Assembly (NCBI GenBank): GCA_040357565.1 | Contig: JBDODJ010000035.1 | Length of the DNA stretch: 64,000 nt | From: Cercozoa sp. M6MM | Taxonomy: Eukaryota > Protista > Endomyxa: Ascetosporea | Reading direction: 5' to 3' (one strand) | Shown here: positions 14,151 to 29,526 of the stretch, in pieces | Layout of the letters: each line of letters starts with the position of its first letter | Position numbering within the stretch: the stretch's first letter is position 1 | Position numbers and translations under genes: made by a program | The notes under the pieces: model-generated | Seen by the model: the letters and a program-made list of their open reading frames with translations, nothing else | The model's database searches: none | Told to the model about the DNA's origin: nothing

Positions 14151-15704
14151 ATGGCCAAAATCGCTGAAAGGGACGCGATTGCGCAGTCAGAGTTTTTGTT
14201 GGATGTGCGCGCTGCTGAGGAAGCTCGTGTTGCGCACGCCTATCGTCTGCCTGCCTCCTTGGTTGGACACAAGCGCGAAGCCGAGCTACCAAAGAAGGAC
14301 GATGCGATGTACAACACGTTTCTTTGTGCCGCTTGACAGAGGCACGTGCCTGTCTTTCTTAGAACCATCCTGGTGTCTAATCCCCCGACCGAAGTAGAAA
14401 ACGAGGCTGTGGCATTCTTGCGATCGCGTGGATATTCGTACTTGCGCCCACATTAAAGGTCACACAAAGTGCAAAACACATGCAACCTATTGACAGAGTC
14501 AAAGCCGTCCTGCAAGTCCCTGAAGAGCACACGATTCCGGCAGCGGAGGAGAGACCGCTGTGGCGGCCGTGTCCGTTCTTGCAACGCAGTGTGGCATCAC
14601 TGTCACCTGGCACGGTGCTGGACGTGGTGCGATCTCACACATACGTTATGTTTTTTATGCTTTGGAGTTTGTCTCTCTCGGCAGGGCTGTGGAAGTGGGC
14701 GTGACAGCGTGTTTCTGGCCATGCAAGGCTGGCAAGTGACCTCTCTCGATCACCTTAGCAAGATGTGTCAGCGCACACAGGTATGACCTTGTCCTTGTTG
14801 TACGCATAATATGGTGGGCACCTGTTGTTGGATACAGACACTAGCAGAGCGCCACAAGGTCGCAGTGCGTACAGTGAAGGCCAAATCGTCTCCCGATGCG
14901 ACACTCGCTTTCTCTAGCCGTGAGGGTACGCTTCTCCATTTAATGCATCCCTTGTCCCGGGGACAGATTTTGATTCTGTCGTTTTCTAGACCTTGATCAT
15001 GTAAAAAACACGCAGTTCGATCTTGTTGTCTGTGTGCGCTTCTTGCAGCGTGAGATGTACAGTTTATTTTCACACTGATGATCAGTCAAAGTGGTGCTGT
15101 GCCTTGTAGCCTGCCCATGCTGGCCCAGATGGTGAAACCCGGCGGTCGGTTCTTGTGCCAGCAGTTTAGCGACGGCTGTCAGCACGTTGGTCCGTGTTCA
15201 CCATCCGATCCGCAAAGGATACTCCAAGGTAACAGCACTAGCGCTGCCAGGTGAGGCACTCACGTAGTTTGCTTCCCTGAAGAAAAAGAGTTGACTCGCA
15301 CCTTTGAGTCGTTCGGTTTCCTTGTTGGTAACAGCATCTGATGCTTTCGGGATTGCCTTAGATTGCGTCGCATATAGAGCAAGACGAAGTGGTTCACTTA
15401 AGCGATGGACGACCGGTGTGCAATTTTCGGGCAAGAAAGCCGCTTTGCGACGATGATACTGCCGCTACTCGTGACACTCTCTCGACTGCGAGGTATGTTT
15501 GTCCTCGGATGCACGACTGTGTCTCAGTTTGTTCTACTGTCGTAATTTCACAGTGCATGGGCGCCCGTACTGCAGCGTCACCGCGCCTTCGTGCTGCAAC
15601 TGCGGCGTGGCAAGAAACATCGCGTGCAGCGTCATTTGCACAAGCTAAACAAAAGACGCAAGAAAAAGGCTGCGGTTGATCGCGTTGACACAGATCAACG
15701 GTAA
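14151..15704 (+). CDS. Rhodanese-like N-terminus fused to a class I SAM methyltransferase (TehB-like)
   Basis: N-terminal FLLDVRAAEEARVAHA..LP..L..REAELP. Then LWRPCPFL, motif I TVLDV|GCGSGRDSVFLAMQGWQVTSLD, FDLVVCVRFLQR and VKPGG. Confidence 0.7.
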
Positions 15705-15741
15705 TTTCCTCGCGGTAGTCACGAGCGGCCACCGATTGCAT

Positions 15742-15990
15742 TGGGACCTTGGTCTCAAGGTCAACGACATGCATGCATCGGTGGCCGCCGCAAGCTTCGC
15801 ATTCCGTATGTTCCCTCAGTAGCCCCGATCTCTCAGTGTCTCGTAACTTGACTTTGACTTTGACTTTGTTGGTGTTTGGGAGATGCACAGTGCTGCCTTG
15901 GCGTACGGCTCGCGTGGTGCAGGTGCCGACATCCCGCCCAACTCGGACCTCGTGTTCACCGTCAAGGTGCTCTCGCAGAGCAACACGTGA
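15742..15990 (+). pseudogene. Duplicated 3' fragment of the FKBP gene (last two exons plus intron), with a disrupting insertion
   Basis: Near-identical to the reverse complement of 39392-39632 (WDLGLK...IGGRRKLRIP | AALAYGSRGAGADIPPNSDLVF). It has no upstream exons and has extra bases after CTCAAGG. Confidence 0.85.
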
Positions 15991-16225
15991 TCATGGTTTA
16001 ATCTAACGTATCGTGAGTAAGTTACAATTACCGTCTCATCTCGTCCGATGGCTGACTGGCTTTTGTCAAGTTGGGTGCATTGGCAATGAACTCCCCCGTC
16101 AAGTAAACAAACTGTACGAGAGTGGCTTTCAGCAGCGCAGCGCAGAAAGGGACGGTATAAGACTGGCTGGAACTGTTAAAACAAAAAAAACTGCAAAAAG
16201 AGGAGTAAAACTGCAAAAAGAGGAG

Positions 16226-16377
16226 TGCCAACGCCCGGACTCGAACCGGGATCCACCCGCTTTACCCACAACAACTTAATCGGTCGCCTGTACGGCGGCC
16301 AAATTTTCCAGAAAGAGAAAGATCGATTGGGGTGTCCCGAAGGACAGATGGGCGCTCTACCATTGAGCTACGCCGGC
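16226..16377 (-). ncRNA. tRNA-like RNA with ~79-nt structured insert in the anticodon arm (copy 1)
   Basis: Acceptor GCCGGCG/CGTTGGC+A, D arm GCTC-AATGGTA-GAGC, T arm CCCGG-TTCGAGT-CCGGG, T5 terminator just downstream. Differs from the 39028-39179 copy at 2 positions. Confidence 0.75.
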
Positions 16378-16550
16378 AACTGAACAATGATTATCAGTTA
16401 TATCAACCACATTAAAAATTGTCAACTTTGAGTTTCCGTGTAACCACATCATGGGCTAGTTTTGCTCGATCCGAACTCCCGTGGGGCGGAAACTTAATCA
16501 AGCAGACGATTAAATAATGGTAAATGCCATGCGTGACAAAGCTCTGGTGT

Positions 16551-19500
16551 TAAATAGGGGCTTGCTTTTTCGGACTGGGAAGGACAATGTGAGGACGACG
16601 GTCGGTTGACTGACTCACTCGTTTGGCGCCGAGTTTGAGGCGAAACTGTTGTGCAGAGGGGTGGTGGGCGAAAGACGTGAGTTTGCGCGCTGTCCAGGTC
16701 GTTAACAGCCAGAAGTACACAAACTCAACAGTGGAGTGTTGGGAGATTTTACATGCACCGCAGAGATAAAGAAGCTGGGGTCGGGCACACGGTGACGGCG
16801 TTCAGGTCGGCGTTGCTTGCGTGGTGCCATCTAAATAAACAACGCCGAATGAACTACGAGCACCGCAAGGAGGCGTGCATAATGTGGAGATTTACTGGAG
16901 GAAACTGCTGTGCCGAATCGGCAAGGACATTGGACGCAGAACTCCAAACAGCTTCTTGCTGACGTTGAATCGGTACCTACTCCAGCACACTGATAGTCAC
17001 CTCGCCTTCTCTGTCATTTTCGGTACCTGTGGCACCAGTTTTGAATGCCTGAACGGCATGATGTTGCGCAGGTTGAGACTCCGCGCCAGCAGAGCAGAGC
17101 TGTCCATTACGCTGTAGCACCCGGCGCTGCTCGACGTCGAGTTGAGTGTGTCCATGATGCTCAGATTGCCGAGTACGGTGCGCGCATCGGTACCATAGCG
17201 CACAATGTTGGACAGACTTGGGGCGGCACTGCGCGTGCTGCGCCACTGCTGCGAGTTGTTGCTGGCAATGCTCACTGCGTCACGTGCTTGTGAGCGCAGC
17301 ATGCACGGCGTCAGAAGCGACAAGTCGAGTGCTTGCAACTGGAGGAATGGAACATGCACATGTTCAATGTAACTCCCTGTGCGTGTCGAAGCGCATATAC
17401 CGGAGGTTGCTGCTGAACGATCGGTAGGGATGCCTGTGCTGCTTGCTGTGCCGCTTTGCTCGCGGACTCCTTTCGCAGCTTAGCCTCTAAGTGCAGAATT
17501 TGAGCGCGTGTCCACTGGTCGCAACTGCATCACAAACACGTCAGTCGGAGAGTGGTACAGGTGGCTATAGAGACAGTACGTGAACTGCGGTAAGTTGTCT
17601 CCAGCTGCGGCGCGTTGCAGCTCGCCGCTGAACGAGTGCACTTGCGTTCGAACCGAATCGACGTCGAGTTTCTCTAAAGCCGTGCGGTGTTCCATGTTCA
17701 GTTCGCGCAGTAGACGCAGATGCATTAGTGTGCCTGTAACTCAAGTTGACATTTTCGTTACTAAAAGGCAGGAAGAATCGGTAGTTTGTACCAGTGTAAA
17801 GGGAGCGATTGAGTCCACCCAAACGGCAAAGATTCTCGTAGTTGCACAGGTGAGAAAAGTGACCTCGCTGCTCCAGGTCCTGTGCCACTAGCAGAGTCAG
17901 CGACGACGCCGTCTTGGCTGCCGCCACTTCGAGCGGGTTTTCGTTAGCGCTGCCAGGCAAAGCGTTGCTGTCATCCTGTTTGAGGGGTCGTACCTTGTAT
18001 TAAGCCAGGCACAAGGCACTCTGCTAATACTGTTGGGAGTACCCGAGGGACAAGCTCTGACGCAGGTGCCGCATCGGTCACGGACACTGGAAGACCTAGG
18101 TGCTCCAGCACCAAAGGAATCGATACACGTGCCTGCCACATTTAAAGTAGTCATACAATACAGTGACACCTACACAGCAAATAAAATTGATTTACCAATG
18201 CGAGGGTATCCAACACGATGCAGCACACTTGACGCGCGAAGGCACGTGTGGCAGGCAGCAGTTGCTGGAGTTTTTCAATAATCTGAGCCGCTTGCGCACG
18301 GTGCAGTTCGCCTAATAAAAACAAACACACATCTTCTTCTGTTGTACAGACAGAGTAGGCGTGCGTACTTGCTGTACCTAGCAGGTGGCACACTTGCATG
18401 GCACTCTGAGCGTCCACACAAAGCAGTCCATCGTTCACGAACAGGTGGTGGCGCTGCTGGATGAAGCCGGGAATACTCGTGTCCGGCTGCAGGGCGCGCA
18501 GTTGTTCCATGTCGTGCTGCTCATTCGGAGTGCAAGAGTACAGGCTGTGACAAGAGAGAGAGAGCGAAACATTTGACACACCTCTTTCTGCCGACCTGGG
18601 TCGTCCGTAGACCACGCGAATGCTTGTGCTCCAGGCGACGACAACTACAAAAAAACAGTAAATCGACATGTGCCTGGTACCATATGTTCCTAGAAAGCCT
18701 CACCACACACAAATTCTGGGCTTTTGGCCGTCTCGACTGAGTCTCCAGACCTACACAAGGTCAGGGGTGCGCGGGGTGAGGTGGAAGAACATGCAGAAAC
18801 TACCAAGTTTTCGCAGTGCATCTTCGACTCGACTGACCGAGGTGCAGAAGGTCAGATGGGTCGCCGTGGACCACAGCAGTGCCTGAGATTATGTAAGTCT
18901 AGTTCCCTTTTGTCCTCCCCTTCTTTCACTCCGAGCTGGCAAACCTACCTTTCGAATGACTGAACGAGACGCCATGCGCGTGGAGACCAAAGACAGCACG
19001 GGTGCCTTTGCTTGCAGCTGCTGCACTTGTTGTCGTACTTGAGGTTGCACCTGCGGCACGCTAGCACTCGTATCGACAGCAACGAGCGGCTGAGCGATGC
19101 ACTGCTGCAGGGGGGCATGTGGGATAGTAAACTTACAACAATATAAAAACATGTGGGTACCCTCGAGTGAGCCGGCGTTGGAGCGACGGTACCTGCCAGA
19201 TTCGGAACATTTTGCCGAGAGACAGCGCTAGCTGCCAGTTGCGACTGCAGGAGCAGTGGAAGCACGGCTGACATCGTGGACATTGGTGGTGTCGCTGGCC
19301 TAAACAATACACTTGGGTACTTTGGGACTTTGATCCAACGATAGTGTGTGGAAAGCAGTTTCACCGTTCACTGTTTACAGTTCGCAGTCGTTTCACAGCT
19401 GGCCGAGCCATCGTACTTGTCTAAACAGATGCCAAGCACTCATCAACCCTTCAGGGAGAGAGCACGGTTGACTGGACCTTACCGCCGATTGAGCCACTGA

Positions 19501-20415
19501 CTGCGTCATCTGTGAACGTGCGCGCTTGAGCTGCATCTGCAGGATCTGACTTAGTGTCGCACTCGGCGGGGCCATCGGACACAATTCCGAGAACAACGCT
19601 GCTTGTGCCTGTACAGAGTTCGAGCAAGTAGAGCGTGTACTACTGACGCAGCAGAGGTATAAAACAACAACTGACAACCGAGCTTACCCCGATCCTGGGA
19701 GGAGCTGCAGGTGACGCGCCATGTGCTGGCGTGGTATGGAACGCCTGCTTGTTGTTCGGAGGCAGTCGAGGCAACGTGTTCGGCGGCAGCGGTGAGTAAA
19801 GCAGCGTGTCTTTGCCATCTTCTCCTAGACCCGACTTCTTGCGCTTCGACTTTGACTTGCGGCGGAAGTTGGCGCGTGGTTCCGGCACCAAGTGCGCCAA
19901 GCCACGCCGACGCAGTTTCTGGAAGTACTTTTGCGCATGAGAGCGACACTGGACGACGTCCTATTATTTATTTTCGAGATCAAAGACCCTTTAAGTCACA
20001 GGGTCACCAACATTGGTTTTGCGGACCTTGGTTTCGACGAGGCGAGCAACACGCGTCCACTCACGGCCAAAACGCTCGACGCCAGTGCAAAAACGCTCGT
20101 GCTCTTCCTGCCAAACGCAGTTGTTGTTTGTGTGGTAGTCCCGTCATCCCAGTGGTGAGCGATCAGTTCAAGGGAAATAAGTAAACTTACCGGCGACCAA
20201 GGCAGCCGCTCGCGCTTACGAACGTACGGTTTGCGAGAACGTGTGCCACCATCAGCTTTTTTAGCACTGTCATCCGAGGTGGTCGTCTCAAACGCACTGC
20301 TATCAAAGCTTTGATCACTCACGAGCATCGACTGGGAACCGGCAGGCAAACCGTCCGACTCGGAAACACGCTGGGACGAAAGAGGGGGAATCCGCGAGAC
20401 CTCCTTCGCGGCCAT
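16551..20415 (-). CDS. SHAQKYF-class single-repeat Myb transcription factor (CCA1/LHY/REVEILLE-like domain) with long C-terminal region
   Basis: Spliced RKPYVRKRERLPWSP|EEHERFCTGVERFGREWTRVARLVETK|DVVQCRSHAQKYFQKLRRRGLAHLVPEPR. Further minus-strand exons run to ~16550, so the 3' extent is inferred and could be a second gene. Confidence 0.75.
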
Positions 20416-20911
20416 GGTGCTTCGCCCGTCTTGAAGTGCAATGCGAAACTACCCCACACTAACGGCACTCTTGGGGGCTTTGTGGACCCACTTCCCACTT
20501 GCTGCTTGTGTATCAACGTATCACGCTGAAACTGCCGTGATCGATCACGGCACCACTGCGGTACCATGGTACTTTTCGCAATGCAAACTAGATGGCAGCA
20601 CCGATGCGAAGGTAGTTTAGCTTTAACCGACAAAAGGTCATGCTGAAGATATTGTTGTTTAAAATATGGAGCGACCGTCGCGTGAGCTGTACGCTAATTT
20701 TGCATTTTTATTTAACTCGCTCGAAGTATACCTCCAGATGGGAACTACCCTTTAATTGCAATTCGGAAGCACGTGCGTGTCGATCGTCGTATTCAGTGAC
20801 ACCATACACACGACAGTCGACGGCAGTCGCCGGCAACTTGCGTGTTCTCTCGCTAATGATCAGTTTCGTTCGCCACAGTCACGTCAGTCGGGGACCACGG
20901 GCAGCTGGAAC

Positions 20912-24398
<3,487 letters not shown>

Positions 24399-24905
24399 GA
24401 CGAGACCCCACACACTACTCCACAGTCGCTGCTCCGACTGCTGCTGCTGCTGCTGCTGTGAGTGTTGCGGCGACACCTTGTTTGACACTCGCGCGTGTGC
24501 GCTCCGCCGCTGCACATGCCAAGGATCTTAAACGATCACCCGGTACACTCACACCTCCAAGTAAATCCTCGTGTGCAAAACAGTAGAGAGCGTGGAGAAA
24601 AGGGAGCGAGGACAGATGCGTTTCTGGATCTCGTGGTGGAGAGGTGACCAAACAAGAAACTGTTCCCCTGCAAGCTAACGCACCAATCGTTGAGCAGGCA
24701 CCCAATAACTCAGTCACACGTCTTATGACGACCAGACCTCGACCGGGAGCCGTCACGTGCTCCAGTACTGCACAGACCCACATCGGCTCAAATGATCCCA
24801 GACGAGCCGAACTTTCTCTGGTTTTCTCGTGGGCCGTGTTGGAGGTCCCTGGCGTACGGTAGTGTGTGTGTAACCCCATCTTTAACGCCTGAAAAGCCCT
24901 AGACG

Positions 24906-26629
24906 ATGAGCAGTCACGCGTTCTTGTTGAAGAAGGCATGGCACCCCCAGCGCTATGATAACCAGGTGCGTTTTGTCTTCGTTCTTGCTTCCTTCCTGTG
25001 TTCAGCACCAAGTTATGCTTTGCCATGGACAGGCCAAGGTCTTCGAGGCCGAGCTTCAGCGCGACAGGCGCGAGAAGGACATCGCTGAGCACCAAAAACT
25101 GTAAACTGCATATATGGGCTGGCAGATTGATTTAGACTATGATTATGTTTTGCGTTTTTACAGTCTTAAACAAGAGCGCGAACTTGAAGAGTTGCGAAAG
25201 CTGCAGGAGGAGGCTGGTTTGGTGACGAAGCAGCGCAAGCGTGTCGAATGGATGTATCAACAACCGCTTTCGAGCAGCGATATGGCCAAGAAGCACGAAG
25301 AGTACCTGCTTGGCAAAGGTGCCTTTCCTTCCACACAGTGTTTTTGGTGGTTTCCATTGTTATCGTTATTTAGAGGCTGATGCCACGGCTATTCGCGAGG
25401 CCGATGAACAGGCCGACAAGGCAAATGCCGAGCGTCGTCATGGCGCTTTCCGCTACGCCGGCAGTGGCGACGCCCTGCTGCAGCAGCTCGATCAGGTAGC
25501 TTATTCTCTGCCTCTTCCTGTTTCTTTTTTAGCTCACTGACTCGTTGTTGTGCCCGTGCACAGGAAGAGAAATTGCGACACGATCCGCTGATGAAGATGA
25601 TGCAAGCACAACGCGAGAAGCAACTGGTAGACACAAACATTTGCACAGCTTCCAGTGCCTGTTCCGATGCTGTCACTCTTGCATTGTTCACAGGCGATCC
25701 TGCGCGATCCTCGCCGATTGCGACAGCTTCGAAATGAAGTCGAGACCCTGCGCCTCTTGCGTCGGCAGCAAAAGTACGCTACTTGCTTTGTATGTGTTAT
25801 GCTTCCCCTGGGACAATCAAGTTCGACCATTTTGCAGGCGAAACGAATCGGACTCCGAGTCGGAATCTGATCACTCTGACACCGAAGAGAGGTTGACTTG
25901 TGTTTTTTTGTTGTCGTTCTGCACTTTCGTTTTAAGTTTGACACTGTGCTGCAGAAGGCGCAAACGTCGCAAGAAGTCGTCCAAGAAGGAGAAGCGTAGC
26001 GTTTACTTTCCTGTGCTGTGCTGTATGTCCTCCGTGTCAAGATAACTGGCATTCCTCCCTTGCAGGCAAGGACAAGCGCAGCAGCCGAAAGGAGCGAACG
26101 CGCAGCATGCTGAGCAAATCGAACAAGTTTCGCAACTTTGGTCTCGTGCACGAGCACGTCGTCGACCACCCGATGCACGAGTTGGAGTACCACTTCCCCA
26201 TTTCCCTTCAATCCTACATCTAGCCTTTACTTCGCTTTGCTTGCAGAAGCTCTCGTCGGCGCAGTCGCAGTCGCAGCCGCGGACGTCGGTATGTGTGCTC
26301 TTGTGTCTGCCTGTAGGTACTGTTGTGACTTTGCCCATGTGTTCAATCACGCTAGTCGCGAGAAACGCGAGCGATCGCGCAGTCGGAGTCGGCGGTATCT
26401 TTCTATCTGCGGTCGGTTGTGTGTGTGGTGTGTGTGTGTGTGAATGTGTGTGTGTGTCTTTGTGTGTGTATGTGTGTGTATGTGTGTGTGTGTGGTGTGT
26501 GTATGTATGTGTGTGGTGTGTGTGTGGTGTGTGTATGTATGTGTGTGGTGTGTGTTTGTATTTGTATGTGTGTGTGGTGTGTGTGTGTCGTTTCTATTAG
26601 TGTATGCATGTGTGTGTCGTTTCTGTTAA

Positions 26630-26665
<36 letters not shown>

Positions 26666-27196
26666 TTGTTGCTTGCAGTCGTGAGAAGCGCGAGCGTCGT
26701 TCGCGCAGTCGCAGTCGCAGCAAGCAGTACCACCCGTATACCTATAGTCTCTCACGCTTATGGTCCCATCATATCCGTGTGTGCGCAGTCGTGTCAAGCG
26801 CGAGCGCTCTCGCAGCCGCAGCAGCGAATGGCTGTACTTTGTCTGTCCCATCATGCATTTCTATGTCTATTCGCTTACTATCTTATGAGCCTGCTCAATG
26901 TGATCCAGGGACAAGCGTCCTCGTTCCCGCAGTCGCAGTCGTCGTCGGTACTGCCTCCTCTCCCTGTGATCAATCTTCTTTATGGGTGCGCACGTGTGCA
27001 GCATGAAGCGCAGTCCGCAGCGTTCGCCGCCTCGTCGCACTCGACGCGTCAGTCGCTCACCCCCTTCGCGGTACACCCGATTATGCTCATACCATGGTGT
27101 ACCATACGATAATACCCCCCTGTAGACGCAAAGCACGTGTCGATTCACGCGAACGTGAGCGTCGCATCAAAGAGTAACACGCACAAACACCTTTTG

Positions 27197-27245
<49 letters not shown>

Positions 27246-27255
27246 NNNNNNNNNN

Positions 27256-27304
<49 letters not shown>

Positions 27305-27595
27305 GAACTGATCCTGTGCAGAATGCAAGAGCTGGCAGAACAGGAGAACCAGCGCTACGACCAGCAACTCAAGGAGAGTCGGAAGCGACACGAGGTGTGC
27401 CTCCTTGGTTCTGACATGTGCCTGTTCTCCCTTCCTCATACCATACCTTGTGGGCAGGTCGAAAAGGTGCGCCGTAACGCGCAGCACGTCTCCAGCGCAC
27501 TCGAGCAGCCAACCTTCATCTCGCAGACTGCCGCCAAGGCGTACATGCAAGGCGACCTGCAGGATGCGCTGCGCGGCAAAAAGGGTGCTGAGTAG
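24906..27595 (+). CDS. CWC25: Pre-mRNA splicing factor CWC25 with RS-rich C-terminus
   Basis: FLLKKAWHP..NQ|AKVFEAE, KRVEWMY, EEYLLGK and RHDPLMKM, followed by RS-repeat exons. Confidence 0.85.
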
Positions 27596-27885
27596 ACAAC
27601 TGCAGACTGCGTGCTGCACACGGCGTCGAACCAATCCGATCGATTGTTGCTTCCGTTCGCTTCAGGTCTTCGGTTTCGCAGACACGACACTTTGGCTACG
27701 CCAGTCAACCATTATAGCTACTTTTAGTTAACGCTGCTATACGAGAGCAGCTTAGCACTAAATTGGGTAACTAGTCGGAACCAATTAGTAAATTAATCTT
27801 ATGCAATCATTGGTTCAGAGTCAAGGACTGCGGTCGTCTGCAAACAGCTTTCCGTCGTGTTTGGATTGCAAGCAAAGCGATCGAG

Positions 27886-28685
27886 CTACTTGGAAGCACC
27901 GGCAGCACTCGCAGTGTCATCACTCGTCTTCTTGGACGAGGAGGACTTGGTGCTCTTCTTCTGTACCCACACAGACGACGTACATTAGAAACCGAAAGAA
28001 AAGAAAAGAAAAGAAACCTTCTTCTTCTTGCCGCTCTTGCTCTGTCGGTACGAGTCTGGAATCTTGGGCGCGAACATGAACTGCCAAACACGCACAGACG
28101 TCGCACAAAGATATCAAAGGTAGAGTTAGAAAAAGGTAGGCCTGTACCTGCTTGGCAGCTCGGAAGGTCGAGCCATCCTGGATGGCGGCCGAGAAGGCCT
28201 TGTACTCGATGCAAGTGCTGGCGTCCAGGTTGAGGATCACCTTGAGTTTCTCGCCGATCTTGAAGCGCGTCGCCGGGTTCGTGTTGTCGCTGTTCCAGAT
28301 GGCCACCACGTCGTCCTGTGCAGGCCAAGCATTGATACGAGTCAACTGGGGACAGACGTGCGGACAGAGACAGGACACAGGGCAGAGGTAAAGACAGAAA
28401 GCACACCTTGGCACGCGTGCTGACCGTGACACCAACGAGCGTGGGCTCCTCAAACATCTCGCCGATGGCGGCAAAGGCGAGCTCCTCCCACAGGCGGTCG
28501 ATCAGTCCGTTGCCTTTGCGCACCTTGATGATCCAGCAGCCGCCGGCCGGGAAGCTCTCCCACGCCGGCACCATGTTCTTCCGGAACATGAAAACGTCGT
28601 AGTCGCGCGGCAGACGCGACGGCTGCGCCAGGAACGAGAAGCTGTCCAAGCACGCACACATAGCACCAAGTTCAACAGGCACAAT

Positions 28686-28739
<54 letters not shown>

Positions 28740-29111
28740 NNNNNNNNNNNNNNNNNNNNNNNNNNNNNNNNNNNNNNNNNNNNNNNNNNNNNNNNNNNNN
28801 NNNNNNNNNNNNNNNNNNNNNNNNNNNNNNNNNNNNNNNGGGGGGGGGGGGTACGAGCGCCAGAAGCCCTCGACGCTGCCAAAGCGTGACACCTGTGCCA
28901 GGTTCGCCTTGAAGTCCGCAAAGTTTTTGCAGTGCACTTCCTTCTTCTTGTCGAGCCAGAGCCTGCGGGACAGCCAAAAATCACAACCAATCACAATCAA
29001 CACCAAAAACATGTCAACGCACGTCCAGTCCGTCTCCAATCGGTGCTCGTTCTCTGGCACCTCGACATTCTCATAATCGGCGATCTGTTGCTCCCACTGC
29101 ACATACGCCAT
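27886..29111 (-). CDS. EIF4E: Translation initiation factor eIF4E family protein
   Basis: HRLETDWT|LWLD, FGSVEGFW, YDVFMFRKNMVPAWES, GGCWII, DRLWEELAFAAIGEMF, VGVTVSTR and VAIWN. Confidence 0.92.
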
Positions 29112-29526
29112 CGGGGTAGATTTTACAACACACGGGGAAAGATCTCGGTTGTTTCAAAAAAAGAGTGTGATCACTGATCTTACCGTCGTGGGAACTTCCT
29201 CCACTGTGGCCTCCGGGGCCTATAAAAGTGTAAGAATAAACGCAAACACAAGTGCGCACACACAGGCGCACGTGCGGCCTTCAAAAACCTTCAAAGAATC
29301 GGTCGGCCGAAGAGACCACAGGAACATCTTCTCGGATAACTAACCGGTGTTGCTGCGTCAGCCATAATCTAAACACACGTGTGTGTACGATGGTGAGTGC
29401 GCTGGCACGTGATGACACTCCCGGAGATTCTGGCTCGACACTGAGCCGGAATTCGCGAGTGAGTAGTTCTGGAAGGATGAGCTGCCAGGGCATGTGCACA
29501 CGCGTGGCTCGTATTCTGTTGGTGTG

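Noticed and set aside
16440-16463. Helitron 3' end (CTAG followed by T) at the duplication boundary
   Set aside because: There is no subterminal GC-rich hairpin or 5' TC terminus, and homology extends past the CTAG.
26241-27006. Long CV/HT/LS/RE-repeat ORFs in the ORF track
   Set aside because: They are translations of intronic dinucleotide microsatellites.
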